A DNA stretch of 50,564 bases from Cryobacterium sp. (GCA_025465015.1 JAODMM010000091.1:1-50564), one strand, 5' to 3'; counted from the first letter of the stretch, positions 31,379 through 41,017 are shown. The notes: generated from the letters alone by a model not told the origin. A program made the numbers and translations.

Positions 31379-32218
31379 TCAGAGGATGGGTTTGCCCCCG
31401 GTGACAGCGATGCGTGCGCCGGAGACATAACTGGACTCATCCGACGCCAGCATCACGTAGACCGGCGCGAGTTCGGCCGGCTGGGCAGCCCGACCCAGCG
31501 GCACCTGCTGACCGAAACTTTCCACCTTCTCCTCCGGCATGGTGGCGGGAATCAGAGGCGTCCACACCGGACCTGGGGCGACGCTGTTGGCGCGGATGCC
31601 CCGCTCGGCAAGCAGCTGGGCCAACGACGCCGTCATGTTGGCGATCGCCGCCTTTGTGGCCGCATAGGGAAGCAAGGTGGGCGACGGATTGTCGGAGTTG
31701 ACCGATGACGATCCGATGATCGAGGCGCCCTCATGCATGTGCGGCAGCGCGGCTTTCACAAGGTGGAAGAAGGCGCTCACGTTGACGGCGAGGGTCCGGT
31801 CCCACTCCTCGTCGGACACCTCCTCCAACGTCGGGTGATCCATTTGGAAGGCGGCATTGCTCACGAGGATGTCAACGCGGCCGAACTCCGCCACCGTCTT
31901 CTCAATGATCTCCCGGCAGTGCGCCGGGTCGGCTAGATCGCCGGAGACCAGCAGGCACCGGCGTCCCGCACCCTCGACCTGCGCCCGGGCCTCCTCGGCA
32001 TCCTCGTGTTCATTGAGGTAGGTGATCACGACATCGGCGCCTTCCCGGGCGTACGCGATGGCGACGGCTTTCCCGATCCCGCTGTCCGCACCGGTGATGA
32101 CGGCGATCTTGCCTTCAAGGCGCCCCGAACCTCGGTAGGTCTCCTCGCCGTGATCAGGCTTGGGCGTCATCTCCTGTTCGCTTCCCGGGGGCTGCTGCTG
32201 CTGGGCCGGTTGGTTCAT
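31379..32218 (-). CDS. SDR oxidoreductase (YghA-like)
   Basis: PDHGEETYRGSGRL, TGADSGIG, YAATK and VAPGPVWTPL. Confidence 0.93.
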   Translation of the reverse strand: MNQPAQQQQPPGSEQEMTPKPDHGEETYRGSGRLEGKIAVITGADSGIGKAVAIAYAREGADVVITYLNEHEDAEEARAQVEGAGRRCLLVSGDLADPAHCREIIEKTVAEFGRVDILVSNAAFQMDHPTLEEVSDEEWDRTLAVNVSAFFHLVKAALPHMHEGASIIGSSSVNSDNPSPTLLPYAATKAAIANMTASLAQLLAERGIRANSVAPGPVWTPLIPATMPEEKVESFGQQVPLGRAAQPAELAPVYVMLASDESSYVSGARIAVTGGKPIL

Positions 32219-32274
32219 GGCGTTGTCTCCTGTCCGCTTGGGTGCCTCTCTCGGCTGTGCGTTCGTCTGCGAAT

Positions 32275-32993
32275 CTAAGACGAAGCAGCGGATGCCTCAA
32301 TGGCCTTGACAGGCGCAGCGGTAATGGAGAACGGCTTCGATCGGGGCCTAGATTGCGCGAGGTATTCGGCCAGGCTGATCGGACGGGTTCCTGTTATCCG
32401 CTCGATATTATCGCTCACGGTCGAAAGCTCACCGGACGCGATGGAGGTGTACGTGCTCACCCAAGCATCGACCGGCCATCCGCGAGCAGCGCACTTCTCG
32501 CGCGACAAATAGACCTCAGGGATCGACTTATTGACCTGTCGTGGCGCGAATGAGACCTGCAACCTCTTCCAGGGTCAGGGCTTCCGGGCTAGTCATCTCA
32601 TAGTGTGCGTCGATGTGCTCGTCCGGTGCCCGCAGGACAGCAACGAGGGCCCCTCGCAATGTCTGCGCGATCGACGACCGCTGCTGCCCCTTCTCCGGCT
32701 GGCCCGCGGATGACCCCATGCTCGCCAACGAGCGGCTCCATGAAGTCGAGGTACAGGTTGTCTCGGAGGAGCGTGTACTTCATCCCTGATTCTTCAATCG
32801 CCTGCTCCGTGGCGTAATGGTCACGGCCCAAGGTGAAGATCCCATCGGGCGCGGGCGCTATGAAGGAGGTGTAGACGATGTGCCCCGCCCCGGCAGGCGC
32901 GGCCGCGCCCACGACTTCGGCGGCGAGCTGCCGCGCGACCATCCCGCCCTGCACCGCCGTGAAACCGGTGACGGCGAGGGCGAGGGTCATCAC
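32275..32993 (-). pseudogene. Disrupted NmrA-like NAD(P)-binding protein
   Basis: Homology is split over three ORF fragments: HIVYTSF...RDHYATE...LRDNLYLDF; AVLRAPDEH...PEALTLEE; DAWVSTYTSIASGEL. The Gly-rich motif is damaged and there is an apparent internal deletion after RQLAA. Confidence 0.8.
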
Positions 32994-33043
32994 GGTGAGC
33001 CCTTCCGTAGATGCGCTACAACGGGGTCAGCGTGGTTCGTCGC

Positions 33044-34117
33044 CTAAGCGCTGAGGCGCGGATAATCGGTGTAGCCCTCAGCACCCGCCCCGTAGTAAGT
33101 GCCCGGGTTCGGATCGTTCTCCGGGTGTTCGCCCTGCCAGCGCTCCACGAGGTCGGGGTTGGCGATGGCCAGTCGCCCGACAGCGACGGCGTCTGCGTGC
33201 GCCTGCTCGACGAGCGCGACAGCTTCCGCGCGCGTAGTCACACGACCGAAGCCGCTGTTGGCGACCATCTTGCCACCGAACCGCACCCGCAGGTCCTGCA
33301 CAAGCTCCCCCGCTGGGTCGCTGTGCAACACGCTGAGGTAGGCGAGCCCGAGGGGCGCGATACCGTCGATCAGCGCATCGTACGTCGCCGTGACATCGGC
33401 GCGCTCGGTCTCCAGGACTCCCTGAATATTGTGCATGGGAGACAGTCGGATGCCGACGCGGCCAGCTCCGATCGCTCCGGCAATAGCGCGCGTCACCTCG
33501 ACAACGAAGCGCGCCCTGTTCTCGGGAGAACCGCCGTACTCGTCTGTGCGCTGGTTCGAAACCGGGGAGAGGAACTGATGCAGCAGGTAACCGTTCGCAC
33601 TGTGCACCTCGACGCCGTCGAGGCCTGCTCTGATGGCCCTCTCCGCCGCCGCGACAAACTCGTCCCGAACGATGTCGAGCTCGTCCGCGCTCAGGGCGTG
33701 CGGGACGGGGAAGGGCATCTTGCCGGACGGAGTGTGCGCCTCGTCCTCGATGGCGAGCGCGCTCGGGGCCACGATGCGGTCGGTGCCCGTGATCGCCGTG
33801 TGCGACACCCGCCCGGAGTGCATGAGCTGCATCACGACCCGCCCACCGCGGGCGTGGACTGCGTCGGCGACGCGGCGCCAGCCGTCCGCCTGTTCGTCCG
33901 TGACGATTCCAGGCTGGCCCGGGTAGGCGCGGGATTCCGCGCTCGGATAGGTGCCTTCGGTGATGATCAGACCGATGGTGGCGCGCTGTTCGTAGTACCG
34001 GACGAGAAGGTCGCCAGGAACTCCTGCGTCACCGGAGCGCAGCCTGGTCAGAGGCGCCATGACAATGCGGTTCGGCAGTTGCAGGTCCCCGAAGGTGACG
34101 GGCGAGAACAAATCCAA
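33044..34117 (-). CDS. Alkene reductase (Old Yellow Enzyme / NemA-like)
   Basis: NRIVMAPLTR, QLMHSGR, EVHSANGYLLHQFL, NQRTDEYGGS and GYTDYP. The start is uncertain (TTG 34117 chosen). Confidence 0.93.
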   Translation of the reverse strand: MDLFSPVTFGDLQLPNRIVMAPLTRLRSGDAGVPGDLLVRYYEQRATIGLIITEGTYPSAESRAYPGQPGIVTDEQADGWRRVADAVHARGGRVVMQLMHSGRVSHTAITGTDRIVAPSALAIEDEAHTPSGKMPFPVPHALSADELDIVRDEFVAAAERAIRAGLDGVEVHSANGYLLHQFLSPVSNQRTDEYGGSPENRARFVVEVTRAIAGAIGAGRVGIRLSPMHNIQGVLETERADVTATYDALIDGIAPLGLAYLSVLHSDPAGELVQDLRVRFGGKMVANSGFGRVTTRAEAVALVEQAHADAVAVGRLAIANPDLVERWQGEHPENDPNPGTYYGAGAEGYTDYPRLSA

Positions 34118-34432
34118 GATGAAGCCTTTCGGTTCTTCCGTCACGCCGATGCGGCGCAACCTTCACCCCAACGTGCTCACAGCAGCACGTATTCCGAACC
34201 TCACGGCATCCGCCGATACCGACTCACCCGTCGGGCAGCTGCGCCGAGACGAAGAAGGAATTCACCTTGCGCAGACGCGCTCCCTGCAGGGCTCGGGGCT
34301 CGGCTTCACGTACGGGCTCAGACCCTGCATCGCAGCCGGAAGGACCCCTCCCCTCAGCAGGATCTCAAACGCCCGGCTTGGGAGCGGTAGCGAGCGCGAC
34401 AACGACCGTAGGTTCCGGCACCACCCCGGGCG

Positions 34433-35461
34433 TCACCGCTGGCCGGTTCCCTCGTCCGGCAAACCGAACAGGTGGCGGGTTCCCTCGGCGATCGCCTCAC
34501 GCTCGGCGGCGCCGAACGCGGATTCAAGCGCCGCGCCGTTCACCACAGGGTCGGAGACTGAGAATGGATTGTCGGTGCCGTAGCTGAGCTTACTCAAGCC
34601 GGCCGTGTCCTCGACCAACCGCATGGACCTCTCCTGGTAGACCACGAGGTCCAGGTACAGCCGGGCGATACTGTCGCTCGGCGGGGCAGGCAGCCGCTCG
34701 TGGGTCGTGGGGTCGGACCGCCACGCCGCGTCCATGCGTCCGGCAAGGGTGGGAACGGCGGCACCACCGTGCGCGACGAGCATCCGCAGCCCGGGGTGTC
34801 GGTGCAGCACACCGGCGAAGATGAACCGGGCGAGGGCGATGGTGGTTTCGAACGGGAACCCCACACTGACGGGTAGGGCGTGCCCGAAACCGCGGAGCTC
34901 TTCGGCTGCCGCCGAGTAATGCGGGTGGAGGAACACCGTCAACCCGACCTCATCGATCGCCTGCCAGAGAGGCTCGAGCGCCTCGTCGTCCAGGCTCAGC
35001 CCGCAGACGCGCGATCCGATGATGACCCCATACAGCCCATCGGTGGCAGCGATTTCCTGCGCCACCGCCACTGCATCCGCCACCGTGTTGCTGGGCAGCA
35101 GTCCCATCCCAACGACGCGCCCCCCGGTCTGGGTTTCGTATCCGGCCAACTCCGCATTGAGATCCCGTGCGATCTGGGGGCTGTCGTCCCCGTTGAACGG
35201 ATCCAGCCACGGGTTGCCGACGCTCACCACACTGCGGTCGATGCGGTTGCGATCCATGTGCTCGAGCTTCAGGTCAATGCTGGTGTACTCGGCGTCGAAT
35301 GCTCGACCGCCGCCGGGCCCAGCGTCTTCCTCATGGGCGAAGATCACGAAGTACTCGCTCCCCTCGTGCTCGGTCACCCGTGGAATGGTGGTCCGCGCCT
35401 TGAGCAGGTCGATGTAGCTTCTCGGGTAGATATGAGTGTGTGCGTCGATGAGTTCTGGCAT
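34433..35461 (-). CDS. Amidohydrolase_2 decarboxylase, close to fungal uracil-5-carboxylate (isoorotate) decarboxylase
   Basis: DAHTHIYPRSYIDLL..RTTIP, GGRA, SVGNPWLD, FLHPHY, GHALPVSVGFPFETTIA, AHGG..P.LAGR and YGTDNPF. The family is secure; the IDCase-level match is from memory. Start placed at ATG 35461. Confidence 0.8.
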   Translation of the reverse strand: MPELIDAHTHIYPRSYIDLLKARTTIPRVTEHEGSEYFVIFAHEEDAGPGGGRAFDAEYTSIDLKLEHMDRNRIDRSVVSVGNPWLDPFNGDDSPQIARDLNAELAGYETQTGGRVVGMGLLPSNTVADAVAVAQEIAATDGLYGVIIGSRVCGLSLDDEALEPLWQAIDEVGLTVFLHPHYSAAAEELRGFGHALPVSVGFPFETTIALARFIFAGVLHRHPGLRMLVAHGGAAVPTLAGRMDAAWRSDPTTHERLPAPPSDSIARLYLDLVVYQERSMRLVEDTAGLSKLSYGTDNPFSVSDPVVNGAALESAFGAAEREAIAEGTRHLFGLPDEGTGQR

Positions 35462-35486
35462 AGGTTTTCCTGTTCTACGTGGTGCG

Positions 35487-36839
35487 CTAGCGATCGCCGG
35501 CTCCGGGGCCGGCGAAGAACCGTCCCGTGCCGGGGTCCGCGACGGCGACGCCGTCGAAGACAAGGGTGCCGCGAAGGTAACTCCGCACGGTGCGGCCGAT
35601 GATCTCTCGCCCTTCGAACGGCGACCAGCCCGCTTTAGACGCGAGCCGGTCGGCGGTGATCGTCCAGCGGGCGTCCGGGTCGACGAGGATGATGTCCGCG
35701 TCGGCTCCGGGAGACAAATTGCCCTTGCGCGGTCCTAACCCGTAAGCGGCCGCTGGGGCCTCCGCGTAGCAGGCAACCAGCCGCTCATAGCTGATTCGCC
35801 CGTGCGCGGCAGCGTCAAGCAGGATCGGCATTGTCGTGTCGAGCCCGGGGAGCCCGAAGTGCACGTTCCAGATCGACCCGTCCGTCTTCTGGTCGCGGGT
35901 CGACGGGGCATGATCGGAGGAGATGTGGTGGATCCGGCCGTCTTGCAGCGCTGCCCACATCCGATCGAGATCCTCCGCAGTGGCCGCTCGTGCCGGCGGG
36001 GTGAATTTGCGCAAAGCACCCTCCTTGAGGATCTCATCTGCCGTCAAGGTGAGGTACTGCGGGCACGATTCCGCCATGATGGCGCCGCCAGCGTCCCGCG
36101 CCGCGGAGACGATGTCCAGTGCGGTGGAGTCGCTGACGTGTGCCGTCACGATGCGCGCGCCGGATGTCTGGGCGAGACGGGTGACCACCGAGAGGGCGAC
36201 CAACTCGGCATCCGGGTGGCGCCAGGCGGGGATAACGCCGTAATCCTCCCGTCCGGCCTTGCGCAGCCCCGCCTCCAGCTCGGCGGTAATCATCTCGTCT
36301 TCTCCATGCACAAGCGCCGGAGCGCCCACTCGCCCAAGTTCGGCGAACAGTGCCCGCAGCCGTGCGGTGTTGAATCCGGGGATACCGTGCGTTGTGCAGG
36401 TGAAGGCTTTGAAGAAGGAGACTCCCGCACGCCAGAGCGGCTCGACCTGATCAATCCGGTCTGGCCAGGCGTGGGCCGCGAGACCGAAATCCACGCGCGA
36501 TCGATCCCGCAGATACGAGACCTTGTTTTCCAGGTCTGCGACTTCGCGAACTGGGTCGGAATGCGTGTGCTCGATGATCGTGGTGACGCCGGCGCGCGCT
36601 GCCGCCGCGGTCCCGCTGGGGAAGTCTTCGCGGCTGTTGTCACCCGGATCCATCAGATGAACGTGAGTGTCGATCATGCCCGGCATGACCAACAGCCCGC
36701 CGGCGTCGACCCGATCTACCGCGTCAAGACGCTCCGTGGAGATCGCGGCCACGCGCCCGTCCAACACATACAAGTTCGCGCGTGTGCGGGAGCTCCCACT
36801 GATCAGAGTGCCGCCGTCGATAGCGAGGTCGAATTTCAT
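35487..36839 (-). CDS. Cyclic amidohydrolase (allantoinase/dihydroorotase/dihydropyrimidinase family)
   Basis: PGMIDTHVH, GTAAAARAGVTT, FKAF (carbamylated Lys), VHGED, AHVS, ESCPQYL and SSDHAP. Confidence 0.9.
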   Translation of the reverse strand: MKFDLAIDGGTLISGSSRTRANLYVLDGRVAAISTERLDAVDRVDAGGLLVMPGMIDTHVHLMDPGDNSREDFPSGTAAAARAGVTTIIEHTHSDPVREVADLENKVSYLRDRSRVDFGLAAHAWPDRIDQVEPLWRAGVSFFKAFTCTTHGIPGFNTARLRALFAELGRVGAPALVHGEDEMITAELEAGLRKAGREDYGVIPAWRHPDAELVALSVVTRLAQTSGARIVTAHVSDSTALDIVSAARDAGGAIMAESCPQYLTLTADEILKEGALRKFTPPARAATAEDLDRMWAALQDGRIHHISSDHAPSTRDQKTDGSIWNVHFGLPGLDTTMPILLDAAAHGRISYERLVACYAEAPAAAYGLGPRKGNLSPGADADIILVDPDARWTITADRLASKAGWSPFEGREIIGRTVRSYLRGTLVFDGVAVADPGTGRFFAGPGAGDR

Positions 36840-36968
36840 GATGCTCCTACGTAGCGATTGGGCATGGCGCCGAGAGTGAGTTCACCGGGCCGGCCGGCCC
36901 GCGGGGTGGGCCACTCCGAATTGAACGACATAATCTCCGCGACGGGCCCGACCGCAGCGCTGGTGTCG

Positions 36969-38411
36969 TCAGTCATCAGGTCCTCCGTTGTCATCCTCCA
37001 TGTGCTTCAGAAGGAGCTGCGACGAGCGGTCGATGTGGATACGCACCAGCTCGGCCGCATGGTCACCGTCGCCGGCGCGAAGGCACGCGACCATTGCGGC
37101 GTGCTCATCGACGAAGTCGCTGCGCTCACGACGACTGCCGATCGCAAACGCGACCCGTCCGAATCCGAACGTACGCTCTGACAGATCGTCACTTGCCTCG
37201 AGCAGCACCTTATTTCGCGACGCGACCGCGATGGCGCGATGAATGGCGGTGTTCGTCACCGCCCGGCGCTCGTGGTCGCCATCCCGAAGCGCTGTTCGAT
37301 CCTCGACCAAGAGAGCGTCGAGCCGGTCCAGCTCCTCGTCCGAGATGCGGGTGGCAGCCAGGCGAGCGGCGGCGCCGTCGAGGGCCTTGCGGATCTCGCA
37401 TTCCTGGATGAACTCCGCGCGGCTCGTCCGGTGCACGACGAGCCTGCCGCGCGAATCCCGGTCCAAATACTCCTCGACCTCGAGTCGGCGCAGCGCCTGT
37501 CGGGCTGTCGTGCGGCTCACCTCCAGAGACTCCGCGGTCGATGATTCGATCAGGGAGGTCCCCGCGACGAGGCCGCCATCCAGGATCGCCTGCTTCAGAG
37601 TCTCGTAGGCATGATGTGCCAAGGAAGGGCGGACTGGCAACGGGATCCGAGCAGGCACGGCGGCGCCGAGAGGAGGCCGCGAGCGGGAGATGAGGTTGAA
37701 AAGCAGCGTCATGTGCTCACGCATGGCCCGCTCGCCACCACGCGGGTCTCCCTCGCGCATTGCGGCGATGACGAGCTCGTGCCCCCGCGCGAGCTCGTGC
37801 TCATCGTCCGGGGCGCCATAGGCATGCACCCCCTCCCGGGAGAGGCGATCAACGAACTGGGAGATCATCCGGGCAAGTGGCCGGCTGCCCGAGGCCGCAG
37901 CGACGGCCTTGTGGAAGGTGCGGTCTCCCGCAGGCGACGAATGCGTCGGCGTCAGGCGGGGATCAGCGAGCGCCAGCGCTCGCTGATCCGGGTCGAGCTC
38001 GCATGCCCAGGACACCGCGAGCGGCTCGAGCTCACGTCGAACCTGGTAATGATCAAGAACTTCCTTCGTGGTGAACCGACGCGGCTCGTAGCCGCCGGCA
38101 CTGTTGTCGATAATCATTCCCACGAGCGACAGGCGGTGCAGCGCCTCCCGGATGGGCGTGCGGCTCATCTGCAGGCGCTCCGCCAAGTCCTCTTCAACAA
38201 GCTGGTCGAGGACGGCCAGATCGCCCCCAACGAGCAGACCGTCACGCAGCCGTTCGTAGGCCAGGTCGGCGAGGAGCGGAGGTCGGGTGTCGAGCGCCGT
38301 GACGCTCGTGACACCACCGTCTGTCCGGATGCTTGGGTCGTCGTCGTCCTTCACAATTTCCACGGTATCCGAATTCGGCACTCGTGTCGACTCGATCGAT
38401 GCCTCCTTCAT
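36969..38411 (-). CDS. Tandem GntR-FCD/GntR-FCD fusion regulator
   Basis: Two wHTH domains (MSRTPIREAL and VSRTTARQAL), each followed by an FCD-like domain with His ligands. The start is uncertain (ATG 38411 or GTG 38354). Confidence 0.85.
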   Translation of the reverse strand: MKEASIESTRVPNSDTVEIVKDDDDPSIRTDGGVTSVTALDTRPPLLADLAYERLRDGLLVGGDLAVLDQLVEEDLAERLQMSRTPIREALHRLSLVGMIIDNSAGGYEPRRFTTKEVLDHYQVRRELEPLAVSWACELDPDQRALALADPRLTPTHSSPAGDRTFHKAVAAASGSRPLARMISQFVDRLSREGVHAYGAPDDEHELARGHELVIAAMREGDPRGGERAMREHMTLLFNLISRSRPPLGAAVPARIPLPVRPSLAHHAYETLKQAILDGGLVAGTSLIESSTAESLEVSRTTARQALRRLEVEEYLDRDSRGRLVVHRTSRAEFIQECEIRKALDGAAARLAATRISDEELDRLDALLVEDRTALRDGDHERRAVTNTAIHRAIAVASRNKVLLEASDDLSERTFGFGRVAFAIGSRRERSDFVDEHAAMVACLRAGDGDHAAELVRIHIDRSSQLLLKHMEDDNGGPDD

Positions 38412-38445
38412 GCATGCTCTACAGAAATCCCAGGTCAGACACCTG

Positions 38446-38488
38446 TTGACATACAGCACACGCATGATCTACCGTATACAACATTCAA
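38446..38488 (+). promoter_or_regulatory. Sigma70-type promoter with overlapping ATACA/ATTCA repeats (candidate GntR operator)
   Basis: TTGACA (38446-51), an 18-bp spacer, then TACCGT (38470-75); ATACA occurs at 38451 and 38476 and ATTCA at 38483. Confidence 0.55.
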
Positions 38489-38505
38489 GAGAGGCGGTCA
38501 GGGGA

Positions 38506-39924
38506 ATGTCGTCAACGCTCTTCACAAACGGCTACATTGTGACCGTCGATGCGGAACGCCATGTGTTGCCGGGTGGCTGGATTCGAGTCGAGGGTGACTC
38601 CATCGCTGCCATCGGCTCCGCCGACGAGCAGCCAGCAGCTGCCGATCGCACGCTTGACATGCGCGGAATGGTCGTGATGCCTGGGCTCATCAACGGGCAC
38701 AACCATTTCTGGGGTTCGCTGTTCAAGAACACCGGCGACGGCCTGCTGCTCGAGGACTGGCTGGACGAGGTCACCCTCCCGCTCAAGTCCGCCCTACGCG
38801 TCGAAGACTTGCGCACCGCGTCCTACCTCGGCGCCTTAGAGCAGATCCGCACCGGCACCACGACGTCGCTGAACCACCTGAACAACGAAAACGACGACGA
38901 GACCATCCAGGCGATCATCGAGCCAGTTCTTGAAATAGGGGTGCGCCAACTCGTGGCCAAGGAGTTGCGTGACGCGCCTAACCCAGCGTTCTCGGCGAAA
39001 TACCCTCCGCACCACTACCCGCGCACTCGGGACGAAGAGCTCGCGCTGGCCGAGAGCCTGGTGCTGCGATGGAACGGCGCCGAGGGCCGGGTGCACATGG
39101 GGCTCGCCATTGAAACGGGCGCGATGTGGCTCCTGCATAATTCGACATCCGATGAGGTCATTCTCGGCGGCGTCGAGCTCGCGCAGCGCCACAACCTCCG
39201 CATCACCAATCACTGCTCCGCTGGGAGCTCGTGGCTGTCGATCAAGGAGTTCCGGGATGTGACCGGTGGCGGTGACGTCGACTATCTCGTACGGCTTGGT
39301 GCGCTGGTTTCCAACTGGGTACTCATCCACTGCCTCTGGCTGACCGATCGCGAAATTGCGCACGTTGCGCGCGCCGGTATTAGCGCTATCACCAATCCGG
39401 TCAGCAATGCTTACAGCGCCGACGGCATCGCACCTTTGCGCCGCATGTTCGACGCGGGGATCAACGTCGGGCTCGGCACGGACGGCACGTACGTCAATTG
39501 CTCTCCGGACATGGTTGAGCAGATGAAGTTCGCGGCGCTCATCCAGAACGTCACCCACCTCGACCCGGCCTTCATGTCCGCCGAGCGCGTCATCGAGATG
39601 GCAACCATCAACAGCGCCAAGGCGTTGGGCCTGGACCACCTCATCGGGTCCCTCGAGGTCGGGAAGCGAGCCGACATCGTCGCCTTCGATCTCGACCGTA
39701 CCCACATCACCGTGCCCAACCGGCCCGTGTCCGCCCTGGTCTTCTCTGCCCACGGCACGGACGTCGACACCGTCATGGTGAATGGTCGCCTGCTCCTCGC
39801 TGACGGCGATCTGGTTGAGGCGTTCGATGAGAAGGCGCTGCGCGCAGAAGCGCGCGCCCGCGCAGCTGAGGTAATCGAGCGCGCCGGCATCGGCCACCGG
39901 GTCGCCGAACATTGGCGTCGCTGA
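38506..39924 (+). CDS. Amidohydrolase of the SsnA/MtaD/ATZ-TRZ deaminase group
   Basis: MPGLINGHNH, GTTT, LIHC, NPVSN, GLGTDG and GSLEVGKRADIV; start placed at ATG 38506 after GGGGA. Confidence 0.9.
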   Translation: MSSTLFTNGYIVTVDAERHVLPGGWIRVEGDSIAAIGSADEQPAAADRTLDMRGMVVMPGLINGHNHFWGSLFKNTGDGLLLEDWLDEVTLPLKSALRVEDLRTASYLGALEQIRTGTTTSLNHLNNENDDETIQAIIEPVLEIGVRQLVAKELRDAPNPAFSAKYPPHHYPRTRDEELALAESLVLRWNGAEGRVHMGLAIETGAMWLLHNSTSDEVILGGVELAQRHNLRITNHCSAGSSWLSIKEFRDVTGGGDVDYLVRLGALVSNWVLIHCLWLTDREIAHVARAGISAITNPVSNAYSADGIAPLRRMFDAGINVGLGTDGTYVNCSPDMVEQMKFAALIQNVTHLDPAFMSAERVIEMATINSAKALGLDHLIGSLEVGKRADIVAFDLDRTHITVPNRPVSALVFSAHGTDVDTVMVNGRLLLADGDLVEAFDEKALRAEARARAAEVIERAGIGHRVAEHWRR

Positions 39925-39976
39925 CACGCTCGGCCGTCTCAATTCCCCACCAGCACTACGAACTTAAGGAGAGGCA

Positions 39977-41005
39977 ATGAGAACACGACACCTGCTCACC
40001 GCCGTCGCGCTGACCGGCGCGCTGACGATGAGCGCTTGCGCGGGGGCCAACGGCACCCCGGAAGGCGGCGACGCTGCAGAGGGCGGAAGCAGCGGCGAGG
40101 ATCAGCTCCGGGTCGCCGTCATCCTGCCGGGAGAGACGAGCGACCAAGGGTTCAACACCACTGGCGAGCAGACAGTCGAGCTCCTGCAGAAGGACTTCGG
40201 AGCCGACGCCACCCTCACGGAAAGCGTCAACCCTGCCCAGCAGCTGGACGTCTACCGTCAGTACGCCCAGCAGGGCTACGACCTCGTGGTCGGATGGGGC
40301 GGGCAGTTCAGCGACGGCGCGGTGGCAGCCGCGGAGGAGTTCCCCGACACCAAGTTCCTGGTGGTGAGCAGCGGGGTCGAGAACGGCAGCAACTTGGCGT
40401 CGTACGACACCGCACTGGAGGACTGGCACTTCATCGCCGGGTACCTGATGGGCCGTATTTCGAAGACCGGCGTGGTCGGACAGGTGAGCGGTCAGTGCTT
40501 CGCCAGCACCGCGTCGGGTCAGAACGGCACCCGCGACGGTGCCAAGTACGCCGACCCGGACATCACATGGCTCGCAACCTACACGGGCGACTTCGAAGAC
40601 CCGACCAAGGCCCAACAAGCCGCCCAAGCCATGATCGACCAAGGCGCCGACGTGCTGGCGACCAACCTCAATCAGGGCGTCTTCGGCGTCGTCCAGGCCG
40701 GCGAGGCGAACGACGACGTCAAGGTGGTCACGGAGTGGCTGGACAACAGCGCCACGGCCCCCGGTGTCATCGTGTCGAGCGTGAACAAGTCATACGCGCG
40801 TTTCGTCGGCGTCCAGGTTCAGAAGATCATCGACGGCACCTGGAAGGGCGAGCACGAGCGGTTCACCATTCCGGCGGACTGGGGTCCTGCAGTCTTCCAG
40901 ACCGACACGCTGCCGGACGACATCTACCAGGATGCCCTCGACGTCCAGGCGAAGGTCGCAAGCGGCGAGATCGACGTCGTCCGGGACGAGACCTGCCCCG
41001 GTTAA
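39977..41005 (+). CDS. BMP-family (nucleoside-type) ABC substrate-binding lipoprotein
   Basis: MSAC lipobox; DQGFN, GYDLVVG, AEEFPDTKF, GDFEDPTKA and MIDQGADV; AAGGAG RBS. Confidence 0.92.
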   Translation: MRTRHLLTAVALTGALTMSACAGANGTPEGGDAAEGGSSGEDQLRVAVILPGETSDQGFNTTGEQTVELLQKDFGADATLTESVNPAQQLDVYRQYAQQGYDLVVGWGGQFSDGAVAAAEEFPDTKFLVVSSGVENGSNLASYDTALEDWHFIAGYLMGRISKTGVVGQVSGQCFASTASGQNGTRDGAKYADPDITWLATYTGDFEDPTKAQQAAQAMIDQGADVLATNLNQGVFGVVQAGEANDDVKVVTEWLDNSATAPGVIVSSVNKSYARFVGVQVQKIIDGTWKGEHERFTIPADWGPAVFQTDTLPDDIYQDALDVQAKVASGEIDVVRDETCPG

Positions 41006-41017
41006 TCCGCATGTGAA

